Of a stretch of 64,000 bases of DNA, positions 32,862 through 43,400 are shown one piece after another (within the stretch, counting starts at the first letter, position 1; the number at the start of each line of letters is the position of its first letter). The position numbers and the translations under genes were made by a program. The notes under the pieces are model-generated. The model had not been told where the DNA came from. It made no database searches and worked only from the letters and a program-made list of their open reading frames with translations. The stretch is from IMG/VR virus record IMGVR_UViG_3300023184_003735, positions 32,001 to 96,000 of that record; one strand, 5' to 3'. Source of the DNA: a virus.

Positions 32862-33661
32862 CAGCAATAAAACAAGCAAAAACAAGATACAGTGATGCAT
32901 TTTACTTCTATGCCAACGATGAAATAATTGGTCAAAGTATTGATGTATATGGAGAATACAGTCAGTTTGAAGTGGATTTTTTATTAAGTTTTTTAGGAAA
33001 AGACACTGTGGTATACGACATAGGTGCCAACATAGGATATCATACTCATGCGTTTGCCAGTCGTGCTGGACGAGTCATCAGTTTTGAACCACATCCACGA
33101 ACATTTCAAATGCTAACAAAAAACACCGAACATTTACCAAATGTCACAAGGTTCAATCTGGCTGTGAGTAACTTTACTGGCCGGTCAAAATGTTTAGATT
33201 ACAACATTGATGTTGGTGGCAATTATGGTGCAGTATCAGTGGACAGTGAGAACGGTGTGTTAGAAATTGAATGTGTGAGCCTGGAACAAGTGAATACATC
33301 TCTACCCGACTTGATCAAAATTGATGTTGAAGGCAGTGAATTTGCAGTGATACAGGGTTGTATGGAAATAATAAAAAAGAAACATCCAGTGGTGTATTAT
33401 GAAGCACACGAAACTGTTCATCTTAAAGAAATTTACCAATTACTATCTCCGTTTCCCTATAAATTTTATTGGGTGCCTGTTAGAAATTTTAATCCAGACA
33501 ATTTCAACAAACAAACACAAAATATATTTGGGGACAGCACATTACACAGCATTGTGGCCTGGCCTGATTATTTGCCTGAATTAGAACTATGGCCGGTGCA
33601 AGATGCGGATGATACTCTGGAAAAACTCTATACTCGACTAGGCAAAAATTATCACAGATAA
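32852..33661 (+). CDS. FkbM-family methyltransferase
   Basis: DIGANIG, SFEP, IKIDVEGSE. Confidence 0.9.
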   Translation: MFMTAIKQAKTRYSDAFYFYANDEIIGQSIDVYGEYSQFEVDFLLSFLGKDTVVYDIGANIGYHTHAFASRAGRVISFEPHPRTFQMLTKNTEHLPNVTRFNLAVSNFTGRSKCLDYNIDVGGNYGAVSVDSENGVLEIECVSLEQVNTSLPDLIKIDVEGSEFAVIQGCMEIIKKKHPVVYYEAHETVHLKEIYQLLSPFPYKFYWVPVRNFNPDNFNKQTQNIFGDSTLHSIVAWPDYLPELELWPVQDADDTLEKLYTRLGKNYHR

Positions 33662-34689
33662 GTTTCTAATCCACCACGTCGGCGAATGTCTTGGGTGCAA
33701 CAACTAATACCGCCATCCCAGAAGTAACTGTGGCGCAGTTCACTTATGATGGGTTCAATACCATGCTTGCGGCAGTAGTCAAACACTTCCCGGTTGTGGG
33801 CACTAAAGATAACATGCGATTCGTCTAACACAAGACAGTTGACATCAAATACTGTTTCAGCAACAAAGCCAGTCCACTTGCTTAGATAAGTGTCAACAAA
33901 TTGTGTGAACTCCGGTGTAGGTGTTTGTCCTTGTACATACCAAGCACCTGGTGACTGTTCGTATTTGAACTTGCCTACTTCCATTGCGGCCCAGATTGAA
34001 CTATCCCATATCTTGCATACGTCCCAACCGGGAAAGTCTCGGGCCAAATTCAAGTTAACATCGTGTTTGCTACTCAGCAACACGCCGGGCTTGAGAATAG
34101 CAAATACTGCATCGCCATGCCCATCTGTGATGGCTTCGTGGACGCGATATTCAGGACCTAGTACATTATCCACAATCCAGCGTGTTTGATCTGGACGCAA
34201 AAAATCTGAGTTGTCAAAAAATACGTCACGACCCACACGCACAATACAACTGGCACTGGCACCATTCAAGATACAGTTCTCATCCCAACCCGTAGGACCA
34301 TGCGGATTGATTACTGTGCCACCTGCTTGGGTGTACTCATCGCATAGTGAATCTAGTTCTTGCATGGCCAACACCCTCAACAACTTATCACCTAGGGTAA
34401 TTTGCCAGTCTCTTGGAGTCAATGGTGGAAGAGGAGCACCACTACCGTGGATCTGTGATTGAATAAAGCGATCACGGTTGGGCAAGTCGGGACGACGTAC
34501 TCGAGCACCAAACTTTTCTATTGTTCGTTGCAAGTTAGCAAGGTCTTCTTCAGTTTCAGAAAGGATTTGTTGTAACTGATTGCGCACTTGTGCGTTCTCG
34601 ATGAAGTCAAAATAGTCTGGGCTGTACGCACGGCCGACAATGACTTCTTCAAGGGGTTGCCAACTTGTATAACTGTTAATAGGATTCAT
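33652..34689 (-). CDS. Amidinotransferase (glycine/inosamine-phosphate amidinotransferase-like)
   Basis: WQPLEEVIVG, TPRD, GHGD, DVNCL, C-terminal GGISCCTQD. Confidence 0.8.
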   Translation of the reverse strand: MNPINSYTSWQPLEEVIVGRAYSPDYFDFIENAQVRNQLQQILSETEEDLANLQRTIEKFGARVRRPDLPNRDRFIQSQIHGSGAPLPPLTPRDWQITLGDKLLRVLAMQELDSLCDEYTQAGGTVINPHGPTGWDENCILNGASASCIVRVGRDVFFDNSDFLRPDQTRWIVDNVLGPEYRVHEAITDGHGDAVFAILKPGVLLSSKHDVNLNLARDFPGWDVCKIWDSSIWAAMEVGKFKYEQSPGAWYVQGQTPTPEFTQFVDTYLSKWTGFVAETVFDVNCLVLDESHVIFSAHNREVFDYCRKHGIEPIISELRHSYFWDGGISCCTQDIRRRGGLETYL

Positions 34690-35857
34690 TTAGTTGCTCG
34701 AGTAAGATATTTAAGCGGTCTGTCTTGTGTTGTAAAAATAAACGTTGATTGTGTTCTATATCTGCCAGTGCCTGTTCGAATCGGTAGATCAAATCCGATT
34801 GTGCCTGTTGTATACTTTGGCACAACAAGCGCCAACGTTGTGTGTTGTCAACTTCAAGATCATAACTGTTGTTCAACACATGATCAAACACACGATATCC
34901 CATGTCACGCAGTTGTTGTAGACTTCCGGCAGCACCTGCTATAAAAAACATTTGTGCGTGTTTGATGGGCTTGAATGTTTTTTCAGTCAAGAACACACCG
35001 CCTGATTGATCAGCATCAAAGTGGGTCTCTAATACAATATGGCAGTAACTGTCGGTAAAGTACTTGGACACAAGGTTGGCATGATTGTTGCGCTCGTGTT
35101 GACTGACCTCGTCAGAAAAATATGGGGCCGCATTTAAAAATTGCTGTGTGGCTGTTCTTAAATGTCCAAACGAATCAATTTCAATGGGATTATCCTCGTC
35201 TACTAACTCACCAGTTTCACAATAACTCCAATAACTGTTGTCCAACACATGATGCTGTAACAAGTCGGCCATTGCTGTGGCTCGCCAACTTTTGTGTAAT
35301 CTGTTTAGTGCAGTAAATTCACGTGAACGTGGATTATTATGTATGGACAATGCTCTGACAGAACTATTGCGATGCCAGTACCAGAGTTCAAAGTCTGCAA
35401 AGTACACAAAGTCTTCAACGTCACGTGCGGCTGTGTTGCCGCTGACAAATCTATAACAATGCTGGGGCAGTTGATGCTGTACTACCAATCCATCTAATCG
35501 TTGTTTAATTTTGCTGGGATTGTCACCTTCATGATAGTAAAACAATATGCGTATGTGTTTACGTGCAAGTTCAGCAAACACCCGCCGGGGTAACAGACCA
35601 AAGTAATCTATATCAAAATTAAAAAAACCCAAGCCAATTGGATAAAAAGCGTTTACGGGCCATACATCGTTGATGTCTGCGATGTTTAGTTTTACTTCGT
35701 GGTATTCGCAATATTCTTGTAGCCTTAGCGGCACAGTACCAGGCCAGTGGCATTCAAACTCTCGCCATGACTGTGTGTAAGGTTCTGCTTGGTGACAAGC
35801 CAATGCAGGATATATTTTACCCCTGATCAATCGATCCGTTATTAGTGTCAATGCCAT
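34676..35857 (-). CDS. Putative glycosyltransferase (TEKxxKP family)
   Basis: IVLET...TEKTFKPI...GYRVF...SYD. Confidence 0.5.
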   Translation of the reverse strand: MALTLITDRLIRGKIYPALACHQAEPYTQSWREFECHWPGTVPLRLQEYCEYHEVKLNIADINDVWPVNAFYPIGLGFFNFDIDYFGLLPRRVFAELARKHIRILFYYHEGDNPSKIKQRLDGLVVQHQLPQHCYRFVSGNTAARDVEDFVYFADFELWYWHRNSSVRALSIHNNPRSREFTALNRLHKSWRATAMADLLQHHVLDNSYWSYCETGELVDEDNPIEIDSFGHLRTATQQFLNAAPYFSDEVSQHERNNHANLVSKYFTDSYCHIVLETHFDADQSGGVFLTEKTFKPIKHAQMFFIAGAAGSLQQLRDMGYRVFDHVLNNSYDLEVDNTQRWRLLCQSIQQAQSDLIYRFEQALADIEHNQRLFLQHKTDRLNILLEQLNESY

Positions 35858-36995
35858 TCAACATCTCCTGTAATTCTCGCCAGAGAATCTGTTCAAACCC
35901 ACCCCCATAGAAATGATTCCAGTTGTGTTCTATCACTTCTTGAGCCTGGTCAAACAATTGTTGTTTGGCTCCAATAGGCAGTTCATCTAGACTGCGCAAC
36001 AAACTGGCTATGCGTTCAATACGCACATCATCTGATTCAAGATCATAACTCTCATCCCAGATACCTTCAAATGTACGGAACCCGTAACTGCGCAAATATT
36101 CTAAACTGCCTCGAGTACCCACAATCACAAACGGCATGCCCAGAGCAATAGGCTTGAATATTTTCTCAGTCAGGTGATGTCTACGCCCGGTGTACACCGT
36201 CTCGGTCACTAGATACAACAAACACTCGGCTGACTCATCAAACAAACTCAACCAACATGAGTGCATGGGATGATCAGTTTCACCGGCAAATTGTAGCGGT
36301 AATTTCTGTTGCTGAAACACCTGCTGAGCATCTGGATAGCGAGACATCAATTGATCTATGGCTTCGTATATGTGGGTTCCTTCTGCAGGACACACTACTG
36401 GACATGAGATATGATTGTTGATCATGTTGTTCTTAAATATATGATATAGCATTTCCAATCTGTGCTGTCGTTCGCCTGCAAAAATTCGATTGGGTGCAAT
36501 GAATGTTTTTGTTATTATGCGCTGATCCCAGGGCTGGATTAAAAACGTTCGGTTATATCCACGATACCAATCAAGTGCGGCCCAACCATGAAAGAAGTAG
36601 TATAGAGATTTCCATTTATACTTCTTGCAAATGATTTCGACGTTCTCACTATTGCACTCACTGGTCACAATATACCCAGGCGTCCAGTGCCCAAACGGGT
36701 GGTTTATTCTTTTAATTGGTTTGCCTGTAGTTCGATCCATGTGCCATCCGCCATGGATATCTGTATTTAATTTAACAATTTGATCAAATGTAGGCATGTG
36801 TATGCTCAAATGAATTGGCTCTTGGTCAAAAAAGAATATATAATTGTGTTCGAGATAATCATCTCTGCCGTAGTTCATTACACTTTCTGGATCGCTACGT
36901 CCAAATGGTTCACAAAAAAATTCTCTAAATCTGGGACGGTGTTTTTTAAGCCAAGGCCAGAACGTATTGTTATAAATTTCATCTATTCTAATCAT
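35817..36995 (-). CDS. Putative glycosyltransferase (TEKxxKP family)
   Basis: LVTETV...TEKIFKPI...GFRTF..WDESYD. Confidence 0.5.
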   Translation of the reverse strand: MIRIDEIYNNTFWPWLKKHRPRFREFFCEPFGRSDPESVMNYGRDDYLEHNYIFFFDQEPIHLSIHMPTFDQIVKLNTDIHGGWHMDRTTGKPIKRINHPFGHWTPGYIVTSECNSENVEIICKKYKWKSLYYFFHGWAALDWYRGYNRTFLIQPWDQRIITKTFIAPNRIFAGERQHRLEMLYHIFKNNMINNHISCPVVCPAEGTHIYEAIDQLMSRYPDAQQVFQQQKLPLQFAGETDHPMHSCWLSLFDESAECLLYLVTETVYTGRRHHLTEKIFKPIALGMPFVIVGTRGSLEYLRSYGFRTFEGIWDESYDLESDDVRIERIASLLRSLDELPIGAKQQLFDQAQEVIEHNWNHFYGGGFEQILWRELQEMLNGIDTNNGSIDQG

Positions 36996-38814
36996 GTTTG
37001 ACGTATTCTATTCAGGTATTAAACCCAACCAATTCCCCCACGAGCGTGAGGCTGATAGTATTGAGCATGCACAGAAATTATGCCGTACAAGATATTTTTG
37101 GTGGATAAATTACTTATCGGACTATTCGGGGTTTGATTTTCTTTGGGAGCCAGTGCCCTGGCAAAGGCACCAACGCCATGCCTGGCCTAGTCAATGGCAA
37201 AAAGATGCAGGTGTGTATCTTGTGCCCCAAGCAGGATACACTGATACTAATTATCACTCAACACCAGTTGTGAATCGTGTACTCAAGGAATTGGACAAAT
37301 GGCAAGCACCCAATGGTATAGACACAAGTAGTTTTGACTGGACCTGGCATCCAGATCCCACAGACCCACCTTACATATACCAATTTGGTACGCAACATCA
37401 ACGCACCGGCGGACCGCAGTATTGTGTCAAGGATGCAACTGACATCAAGTTCGTGGATCAAATTCGAATCAAAACCAATCGAGTAGCAACTGCCATTTAC
37501 GAAATAGATCACATGGACGGCAATGCTGGAAAAATACCTAATACTACTCAACGTGTGCGCTATTTTGACAACTACCGAGACACCTTGACTCGCCTGGCCA
37601 AAAATGTACCTGCCGAGCATGAGTTCATTTGGGTATGTTCCAGTGTGTGCGACTATACCAATTTTGATTTCTCGTGGCATCCTGAACAATGGCAAGCCAC
37701 AATGCTACATGTGTTTCCCAGCAACGAACAAAAGTTTGGAGACACATTTTTTATGCATGTTCCTAGTTTTCTTGACAAGATCAAATATGCAAAATTGCTA
37801 GAATGGTTTGATACTTTGCATTTTATCAGTGGCATCAGCGTTACTAGATACCAACTGCCTAAGATACAATATCACAGTGATACCTTGGTAGATGTCATAA
37901 AGAATCACGAATTTCAACAGCCGGTAGTGCAGTTTTATAGGCACACACCCTGTGATGTTGTGCCCACAATAAATCTCTGGCGCACTGTTACCAAAACAAC
38001 AATTCCAATGGCAGCAGACAATTCCACAATAATTGCACCAAGAGAAATCAAAGATCATATACAACAACAAGTCTACGATTATCCCCACATTGACAAAACA
38101 CACAGGTCATTGATTCGACCCCAGTTACAAGACATTGTGTTTATCAGTTATGATGAACCCGACGCTGAAAAGAACTGGCAGACATTGATCAGTTCTTTTC
38201 CTAGAGCACAACGAGTGCATGGTGTCAAAGGAATGGAAACAGCACTAGAGGCTGCCGCAAACTTGGCGCAGACGCCTTGGTACTTTGCTGTTTTTGCCAA
38301 GACTCGATTATATGAACAATTTGATTTTGCATTTGTTCCAGATTATATGCAACAGCCCAAGCACTATATTTTTAATGCTCGCAATACTGTGAATGGTCTT
38401 GAATATGGGCACATGGGTATTATCATGTACAACAGTGCAGGTATTAGAAAGATCAATCAGATCAATGACTTTGGTGTAGACTATACATTGAGTTTCCCAC
38501 ATGAGTCGGTTCCCTTGTTGAGTTGCTATGGAGAATTTGATCAAACACCATACCATACCTGGCGTACTGCATTTAGAGAGGCCAGCAAGTTGGCATACTT
38601 TGAACACAACCAAGCCACCGTTGATGGTGCATATAGGCTCAAAACTTGGCAAACTCAAGCACAAGGGCCTTATGCTGAATGGTGTTTGCGCGGCGCAAAT
38701 GATGGTGTTGAATTCTTCAACAACAGTGATCGTGAGTTAGTCACTGTCAAGCAGGCTTTTAGATGGGAATGGTTGCGTGAATATTTTGCCGCACGATACG
38801 GCGAACTAGAGTAA
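36994..38814 (+). CDS. Multidomain glycosyltransferase-like protein
   Basis: Repeated FDFxWxP modules; C-terminal domain homologous to 17234..18160. Confidence 0.55.
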   Translation: MFDVFYSGIKPNQFPHEREADSIEHAQKLCRTRYFWWINYLSDYSGFDFLWEPVPWQRHQRHAWPSQWQKDAGVYLVPQAGYTDTNYHSTPVVNRVLKELDKWQAPNGIDTSSFDWTWHPDPTDPPYIYQFGTQHQRTGGPQYCVKDATDIKFVDQIRIKTNRVATAIYEIDHMDGNAGKIPNTTQRVRYFDNYRDTLTRLAKNVPAEHEFIWVCSSVCDYTNFDFSWHPEQWQATMLHVFPSNEQKFGDTFFMHVPSFLDKIKYAKLLEWFDTLHFISGISVTRYQLPKIQYHSDTLVDVIKNHEFQQPVVQFYRHTPCDVVPTINLWRTVTKTTIPMAADNSTIIAPREIKDHIQQQVYDYPHIDKTHRSLIRPQLQDIVFISYDEPDAEKNWQTLISSFPRAQRVHGVKGMETALEAAANLAQTPWYFAVFAKTRLYEQFDFAFVPDYMQQPKHYIFNARNTVNGLEYGHMGIIMYNSAGIRKINQINDFGVDYTLSFPHESVPLLSCYGEFDQTPYHTWRTAFREASKLAYFEHNQATVDGAYRLKTWQTQAQGPYAEWCLRGANDGVEFFNNSDRELVTVKQAFRWEWLREYFAARYGELE

Positions 38815-39684
38815 TTGTTTGACCTGATCAATTACCTGAGCCACTTGCTTGGCTGATTCTAGTCCGGTACTGGGTTTCTGTTTGGTAGCCACACAATCGA
38901 CCCAGTGTTTTAATTCTGCTTCCAGTGGACTGAGATTGTGAGTATACACAATAGTCACAGGGTCAGAATCCATCACTGCTCGACGGTCTTGTATGGTATT
39001 TTTTGCGACTGTGATTGTGTTGGCATCTTGATCCCAAACAATTTGTCCTTGACTGCCCATGATAATGGTTTGTCTAGTACGCACAGGCCAATGCCAACTG
39101 ACATCAATATCGAAAGTAACATTGTTGGCTATGCCTGAGAACCACACACGGTCTGGTTGTATATTATTGCTATAGTTCCAGGCCTGTGCTTGAATAGCAA
39201 CAGGTGTACCATTTGCTATTTCTGCAACAATACTGATATCATGTGTGCCCAAACTAAGCAAGGGATCTGTTCGGGTTTGATATATGCCCCAGTTGAGTCT
39301 ACGACTGGACACATGTACTAGATCACCAATGTCACCACGAGCAATAATATCTTTGATTTCTTGCATCTGCGGATGATGTACAAAGATATGTCCCACCATC
39401 AATACTTGTCCAGACCCAAGTGATTTTTCAATATCCAACACCTGTTCCAGTGTTTCGGCCATGGGCTTTTCTACATATAGATCATGACCACGTTGGAGCA
39501 ATTGGCATGTTTGCTCATGATGTTGCCACAGTGGTGTAGCCAACATCACAGGATCCAAGGTATCAATGTCGTTGATGGTTTGGCCATTACGTATGTCTAT
39601 TACCGTGGCCGCCACATCAAACTTTTTTAAACTGGTCAGTAGTTTGCTACCCCAGTATCCGGCACCAACCAACCACATGTTCAT
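38806..39684 (-). CDS. Gfo/Idh/MocA-family NAD-dependent oxidoreductase
   Basis: VGAGYWG, ATP..H, VEKP, VGH, LGTHD. Confidence 0.9.
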   Translation of the reverse strand: MNMWLVGAGYWGSKLLTSLKKFDVAATVIDIRNGQTINDIDTLDPVMLATPLWQHHEQTCQLLQRGHDLYVEKPMAETLEQVLDIEKSLGSGQVLMVGHIFVHHPQMQEIKDIIARGDIGDLVHVSSRRLNWGIYQTRTDPLLSLGTHDISIVAEIANGTPVAIQAQAWNYSNNIQPDRVWFSGIANNVTFDIDVSWHWPVRTRQTIIMGSQGQIVWDQDANTITVAKNTIQDRRAVMDSDPVTIVYTHNLSPLEAELKHWVDCVATKQKPSTGLESAKQVAQVIDQVKQLL

Positions 39685-40766
39685 TGAAAAAACCTCCGAA
39701 CGGTATCACTAATATATTTGCACTCTTCTTCAGTTAAACTGTAGTAACACGGCAAACTCAAAATTTCATTTACAGTACGCTCTGCTACTGGACAAGGTGA
39801 ATACCACTTGCGGTAAGCCGGTTGTAAGTGTGTGGTAGTGGCATAATGTATGTTGGTTTGTATTCCATGTTGTGCTAGATACTGCTTTAATTCATCACGA
39901 CGAGGAGTTTGTATAACGTATACATAATGCCCTTGGCCTACATTGGGATCAAGTCGAACAGTTTTAACTATATCCTGAAGTTGTGCATTATAATAACTGC
40001 TAATTGCACGTTTACGATTGACCCAGTGTGCTAATTTAGGTAACTTGGCCAATACAATGTTGCTTTGCATGTTGTCAATCCTGGCATTGTATCCTAGTTC
40101 CACAATGTCGTAACGACCGGTACGTCCATGATCTCTATACATACGCACACGATCCATCATTTGTTGTGATCCGGTCACACAACCAGCATCGCCCATGGCA
40201 CCCAAATTCTTTACAGGATTAAAACTAAAACAAGTTAAATCAGCGATGCTTCCTATTGGTTGTCCGCGCCATTGTGTGCCAAGACTGTGTGCGGCATCTT
40301 CAATCATGACAAGATTGTGCTGTGTACAAATTGCTCGCAGTCGATCCAGATCAGGACATTGTCCATAAATGTCCACAAACAGTACCGCACGACTACGCGA
40401 AGTAATTTTGGTTTCTAATATATCTAGATCAATAAGATGTGTATCAGGATCAATATCAACAAACACTGGATCTGCACCGGTCATGACAATGGCTTCAGTT
40501 GTGGCCACAAACGTATGCGGAGTAGTCAACACTTCATCACCGGCACCAATACCTGCGGCACGTAAACTGCATAACAATGCCATGGTTCCTGATCCAGTAC
40601 TGGCGCAATCTTCTGCCCCCACATACTGTGCCAGGACTTTTTCAAAACGTGTCACATCAGGCCCAGTAATAAAACTAGAGGATTTTATAGTGCCAGCAAT
40701 GGCAGAATCAATTTCTGCTTGACAGTCTAGATACTGTTGATATAATTTAGTAAAGGAAATATTCAT
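39681..40766 (-). CDS. DegT/DnrJ/EryC1/StrS aminotransferase
   Basis: SGTMAL, EDAAHS, FSFNPVKNLGAMGDAG, GYNARID, LSLP. Confidence 0.95.
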   Translation of the reverse strand: MNISFTKLYQQYLDCQAEIDSAIAGTIKSSSFITGPDVTRFEKVLAQYVGAEDCASTGSGTMALLCSLRAAGIGAGDEVLTTPHTFVATTEAIVMTGADPVFVDIDPDTHLIDLDILETKITSRSRAVLFVDIYGQCPDLDRLRAICTQHNLVMIEDAAHSLGTQWRGQPIGSIADLTCFSFNPVKNLGAMGDAGCVTGSQQMMDRVRMYRDHGRTGRYDIVELGYNARIDNMQSNIVLAKLPKLAHWVNRKRAISSYYNAQLQDIVKTVRLDPNVGQGHYVYVIQTPRRDELKQYLAQHGIQTNIHYATTTHLQPAYRKWYSPCPVAERTVNEILSLPCYYSLTEEECKYISDTVRRFFQ

Positions 40767-41734
40767 TTTTGTATTCTGTTTTGCCAGTATGTGCTGTTAG
40801 AAAGCCACTCATAATATTTTTGAAATCCTTGTTCTACATCCACTTGGGGGTCAAATCCCAGTATCACTCGAGCACGATCAATGCACAACGCACCACGGCT
40901 GGGAAAGTCTGCATCTCGGTCTTGAGTTTCAATTGTGCCCCGGCCCACAATCTTAACAATCATTTCTGCGGCGTCTAACAAACTAACTGAGCGTGATCGA
41001 GTAATATTGAATGTTTTATTGGCACTCATGATACGTGTGGCGGCTGCAACAATACCATCTGCGGCATCATCTACATAGGTAAAGTCTAGCGTCTCCCCTG
41101 CCCCATTAACATGGAGAATGCCCCCTCGCATGGCACCAAGCATGAACTTTGCAACCACTCGGTCTTCGACGTCCAAGGGCCCATACACAGCACTGGGACG
41201 AACGATGCAATAATCAAAACAATTGCGACGATGATAATCTTTAACAAGATCTTCTCCTGCGAGTTTCATAATACCATACTGACCAATAGGTTTACAGTCA
41301 TGATCTTCTAACACCTGATCCGCAAAGTCACCGTATACCATGCTACTAGATATGTACACCACACGCTCTACACCGTGCTTTTTGGCACTTTCGCAAACGT
41401 TTATCAAACCCTCTATCATGACTCTAGCACCCCAGGCAGGATTAGCATTTACAACTTTCTGTCGGGGAAAACTTGCCATGTGAATGATCACATCAGGCCG
41501 GTGTTCTTCTACCACACGATCAAATGCCCAGGCATCTGAGACGTCAGTACGATATACATCCTGTGTTGCAATCTTCTTGCGTCGCTCATCCAACAAGTAT
41601 TCCAGTTCGTCTTGTGGTACGATGCCATAGTTGGTCATGATGTCCACAATCACAACTTCGTGTTCTTTTGCTTCTAATCGTTGCACTACATTGTGCCCGA
41701 TCAAGCCCATGCCACCAGTTACTAAAAATTTCAT
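40763..41734 (-). CDS. NAD-dependent nucleotide-sugar epimerase/dehydratase
   Basis: TGGMGLIG, SSSMVYG, YxxxK (YGIMK), DFTYVDD. Confidence 0.92.
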   Translation of the reverse strand: MKFLVTGGMGLIGHNVVQRLEAKEHEVVIVDIMTNYGIVPQDELEYLLDERRKKIATQDVYRTDVSDAWAFDRVVEEHRPDVIIHMASFPRQKVVNANPAWGARVMIEGLINVCESAKKHGVERVVYISSSMVYGDFADQVLEDHDCKPIGQYGIMKLAGEDLVKDYHRRNCFDYCIVRPSAVYGPLDVEDRVVAKFMLGAMRGGILHVNGAGETLDFTYVDDAADGIVAAATRIMSANKTFNITRSRSVSLLDAAEMIVKIVGRGTIETQDRDADFPSRGALCIDRARVILGFDPQVDVEQGFQKYYEWLSNSTYWQNRIQK

Positions 41735-41735
41735 A

Positions 41736-42086
41736 TCAAATCCAGTGTTGTGCTAGTACCATTAAACTTAGCCACGCCCACATAGTGTTAAATCCTACCA
41801 GTGTTGGCAATGCTTTTTTACGGCTTGCCCAAATTAGTGTAACACTGGTCAATAGTGTTAGGTAGTATAATTCCCAGATCTGAATACCAAAGATCAATCC
41901 CGGAATAATAATAATTGCCTTGGCCAACCAACTCACAAACTCTACTGTGTTGTATCCTGTCCAGTATTCCTTTGTGAACCACATCATATAACAGTCACGC
42001 ATGTTCCGCCAACCACTGTGGCTATAACTGATAACCATCAGTACTAACCATACACCTACTGCTAGTAAAATTTGTTCTGTTGTCAT
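41736..42086 (-). CDS. Membrane protein
   Basis: Three to four hydrophobic segments. Confidence 0.65.
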   Translation of the reverse strand: MTTEQILLAVGVWLVLMVISYSHSGWRNMRDCYMMWFTKEYWTGYNTVEFVSWLAKAIIIIPGLIFGIQIWELYYLTLLTSVTLIWASRKKALPTLVGFNTMWAWLSLMVLAQHWI

Positions 42087-42409
42087 TTAATATCTCCCCA
42101 TTTAAGTTTCCAAAAAGTTTCGTTTTGTTCACTGAGCCGAGCCACAATGCGATACAGGTGTCCATACGTGTGCGGATCCATTGTCCGAGTCCAGTAAGGT
42201 TTGTCCACAGCATGTTCCATTATAAACTTACCAGCATCTGATTCTTGCCACTTCCACATGGGTTCGGCCACAAACAAGTCTGGATCTTCAACATCACCCA
42301 TACGTATTTCATGCACACATACGTCACGAAAACGTACTGCCTTATTGTTGATGATTTTGACTTGTTCAGGTTGCCAATGCTCTACTTGCTCATTGTGTGT
42401 TATTGCCAT
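42083..42409 (-). CDS. Hypothetical phage protein
   Basis: MGDVEDPDL motif; preceded by TTGCAA-N17-TATACT. Confidence 0.65.
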   Translation of the reverse strand: MAITHNEQVEHWQPEQVKIINNKAVRFRDVCVHEIRMGDVEDPDLFVAEPMWKWQESDAGKFIMEHAVDKPYWTRTMDPHTYGHLYRIVARLSEQNETFWKLKWGDIK

Positions 42410-42429
42410 ACACAAGTATAGCAGAGCAG

Positions 42430-43101
42430 TTAGTTTTTTGCAACCAAGTCGGTGGCCATTGGGAAGATTGCGGCAATGGCTCTAGCACACTCAACTGCCA
42501 CTGCTTGATGTTCCAGTTGTGTTCCATTGCCTGAACGTAATTCAATAAAGTGTATCCATGAGCGCAAGGTACCGTTCATGTACAAGCGACTTTGAATTAG
42601 TCCTTCTGGTAGCACAGCACGAGCCTGTTCCTTGGCAATACCGTTAGCAATAGCCCATTCGTATTCGCGCCGGGCCGCATAGATAACTCGCTGTTGAGCA
42701 CGATACCAATCGTTCTCCAACAAGGTGTCCGCATGCTCTATGCTGTTTTGTCGATTCTTTGGGTCTTGAAGTCTTCCACTGCGGGTAACAAATTCAAGAT
42801 CTTTTGTCGGGTCAGCATATCGTTGACTGAATTCTTGGAAACTGAAACTTCGGTGTCTAAGGATTTGCCGTGCAATATCTCGTGTTGTCGTAATTTCCAT
42901 GCAAGCACTGACCATTTCGAGTGGACTCCAGTGTTGGTGTCGGACAAGGTATCGGATGAGTTTTTCGCTTGTGTCATTGTTGAACTGGTTGGAGGGATTG
43001 GATACTCGTGCGCAGAAAGCGATAAGTTCTTGAGCATCGTCAATGCCCTGATTTCTGAAGTCTTCTGTTGGCTGTGAATAGGAGACAAGTTTAACATTCA
43101 T
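42430..43101 (-). CDS. thyX: Flavin-dependent thymidylate synthase
   Basis: HWSPLE, RHRSFSFQEFSQRY signature, AKEQARAVLP. Confidence 0.97.
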   Translation of the reverse strand: MNVKLVSYSQPTEDFRNQGIDDAQELIAFCARVSNPSNQFNNDTSEKLIRYLVRHQHWSPLEMVSACMEITTTRDIARQILRHRSFSFQEFSQRYADPTKDLEFVTRSGRLQDPKNRQNSIEHADTLLENDWYRAQQRVIYAARREYEWAIANGIAKEQARAVLPEGLIQSRLYMNGTLRSWIHFIELRSGNGTQLEHQAVAVECARAIAAIFPMATDLVAKN

Positions 43102-43400
43102 AGATCTTTTAAGAGTTTATCGGTTTCAGGCTGAACCATTTTGGCAACTTCTGAGACATCAACCACAAAGTCAATGTCACGAACTGTGTCGCCAAGTTCA
43201 GTTAGTGTACGGGTCAAGATCGTTTCAACTTCTTCTAAATCAAGACCTTGTTTTCTTAATGCAGACAAATTGATCGTTTTTTGTTTACGATCACTTAATC
43301 TGATTACAACTTTTTTAATGCATTCAAGTGGGACTTCGGTTTTATTGACTTCTTCAATGATGTGTTCCCACTGTTGAATAAATTCATCACTGAACGGCAT
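43098..43400 (-). CDS. Hypothetical protein
   Basis: 100 aa, overlaps both neighbours. Confidence 0.65.
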   Translation of the reverse strand: MPFSDEFIQQWEHIIEEVNKTEVPLECIKKVVIRLSDRKQKTINLSALRKQGLDLEEVETILTRTLTELGDTVRDIDFVVDVSEVAKMVQPETDKLLKDL

